Assembly: GCF_036321535.1 (NCBI RefSeq)
Contig: NC_087437.1
Location: forward strand, 41,294,001-41,358,000
DNA from: Camelus dromedarius
Taxonomy: Eukaryota
Length of the DNA: 64,000 nt
Reading direction: 5' to 3'
Shown here: piece by piece, positions 63,851 to 64,000 of the stretch
Numbering within the stretch: the first letter of the stretch is position 1
Layout: the number at the start of each line of letters is the position of its first letter
The notes under the pieces: model-generated
Database searches by the model: none
What the model saw: the letters and a program-made list of their open reading frames with translations, nothing else
Told to the model about the DNA's origin: nothing
Program-made: the position numbers and the translations under genes

Positions 63851-64000
63851 TGTACACCATGCATACGCAAGCAGATATAGAAGTGGGTGTGTGCGTGTGT
63901 GTGTGAATGATTCTAGCTTCTATCCCACACTGTAAAACGTGACAAATCTCTCAACTCTGGAAGGAAAGCCATCTTAGATACTCTGTGATTAATCATTTGA

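Noticed and set aside
1..64000. A novel multi-gene system, CRISPR array, operon or prokaryotic element
   Set aside because: The sequence is repeat-rich mammalian DNA with no long ORFs, no regularly spaced repeat-spacer array and no gene cluster.

Overview
Mammalian genomic DNA, CpG-depleted and with no CpG island, most likely camelid. The evidence is three copies of a tRNA-derived SINE resembling camelid Vic-1, cetartiodactyl-type L1 3' ends and an internally deleted Tigger1. A large part of the window is interspersed repeat: L1, L2, MIR, MaLR and ERV1 solo LTRs, hAT and Tigger DNA transposons, and microsatellites. No ORF in the six-frame track is a recognisable cellular gene; the only interpretable one (12098-12334) is an L1 ORF1 remnant. 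The unique sequence looks like large introns of a minus-strand gene that I cannot name. Candidate parts are two well-formed microexons (37938-37962, 25 nt; 26285-26307, 23 nt), a TATA/HNF4/NR5A-type internal promoter near 24.5 kb with a possible first exon ending ATG-G|GTAAGG, and weaker exon candidates at 17185-17239 and 1450-1646. I found no evidence of a novel multi-gene system. Repeat family names come from my recollection of consensus sequences and old-repeat boundaries are approximate; all need RepeatMasker/Dfam and RNA-seq confirmation.
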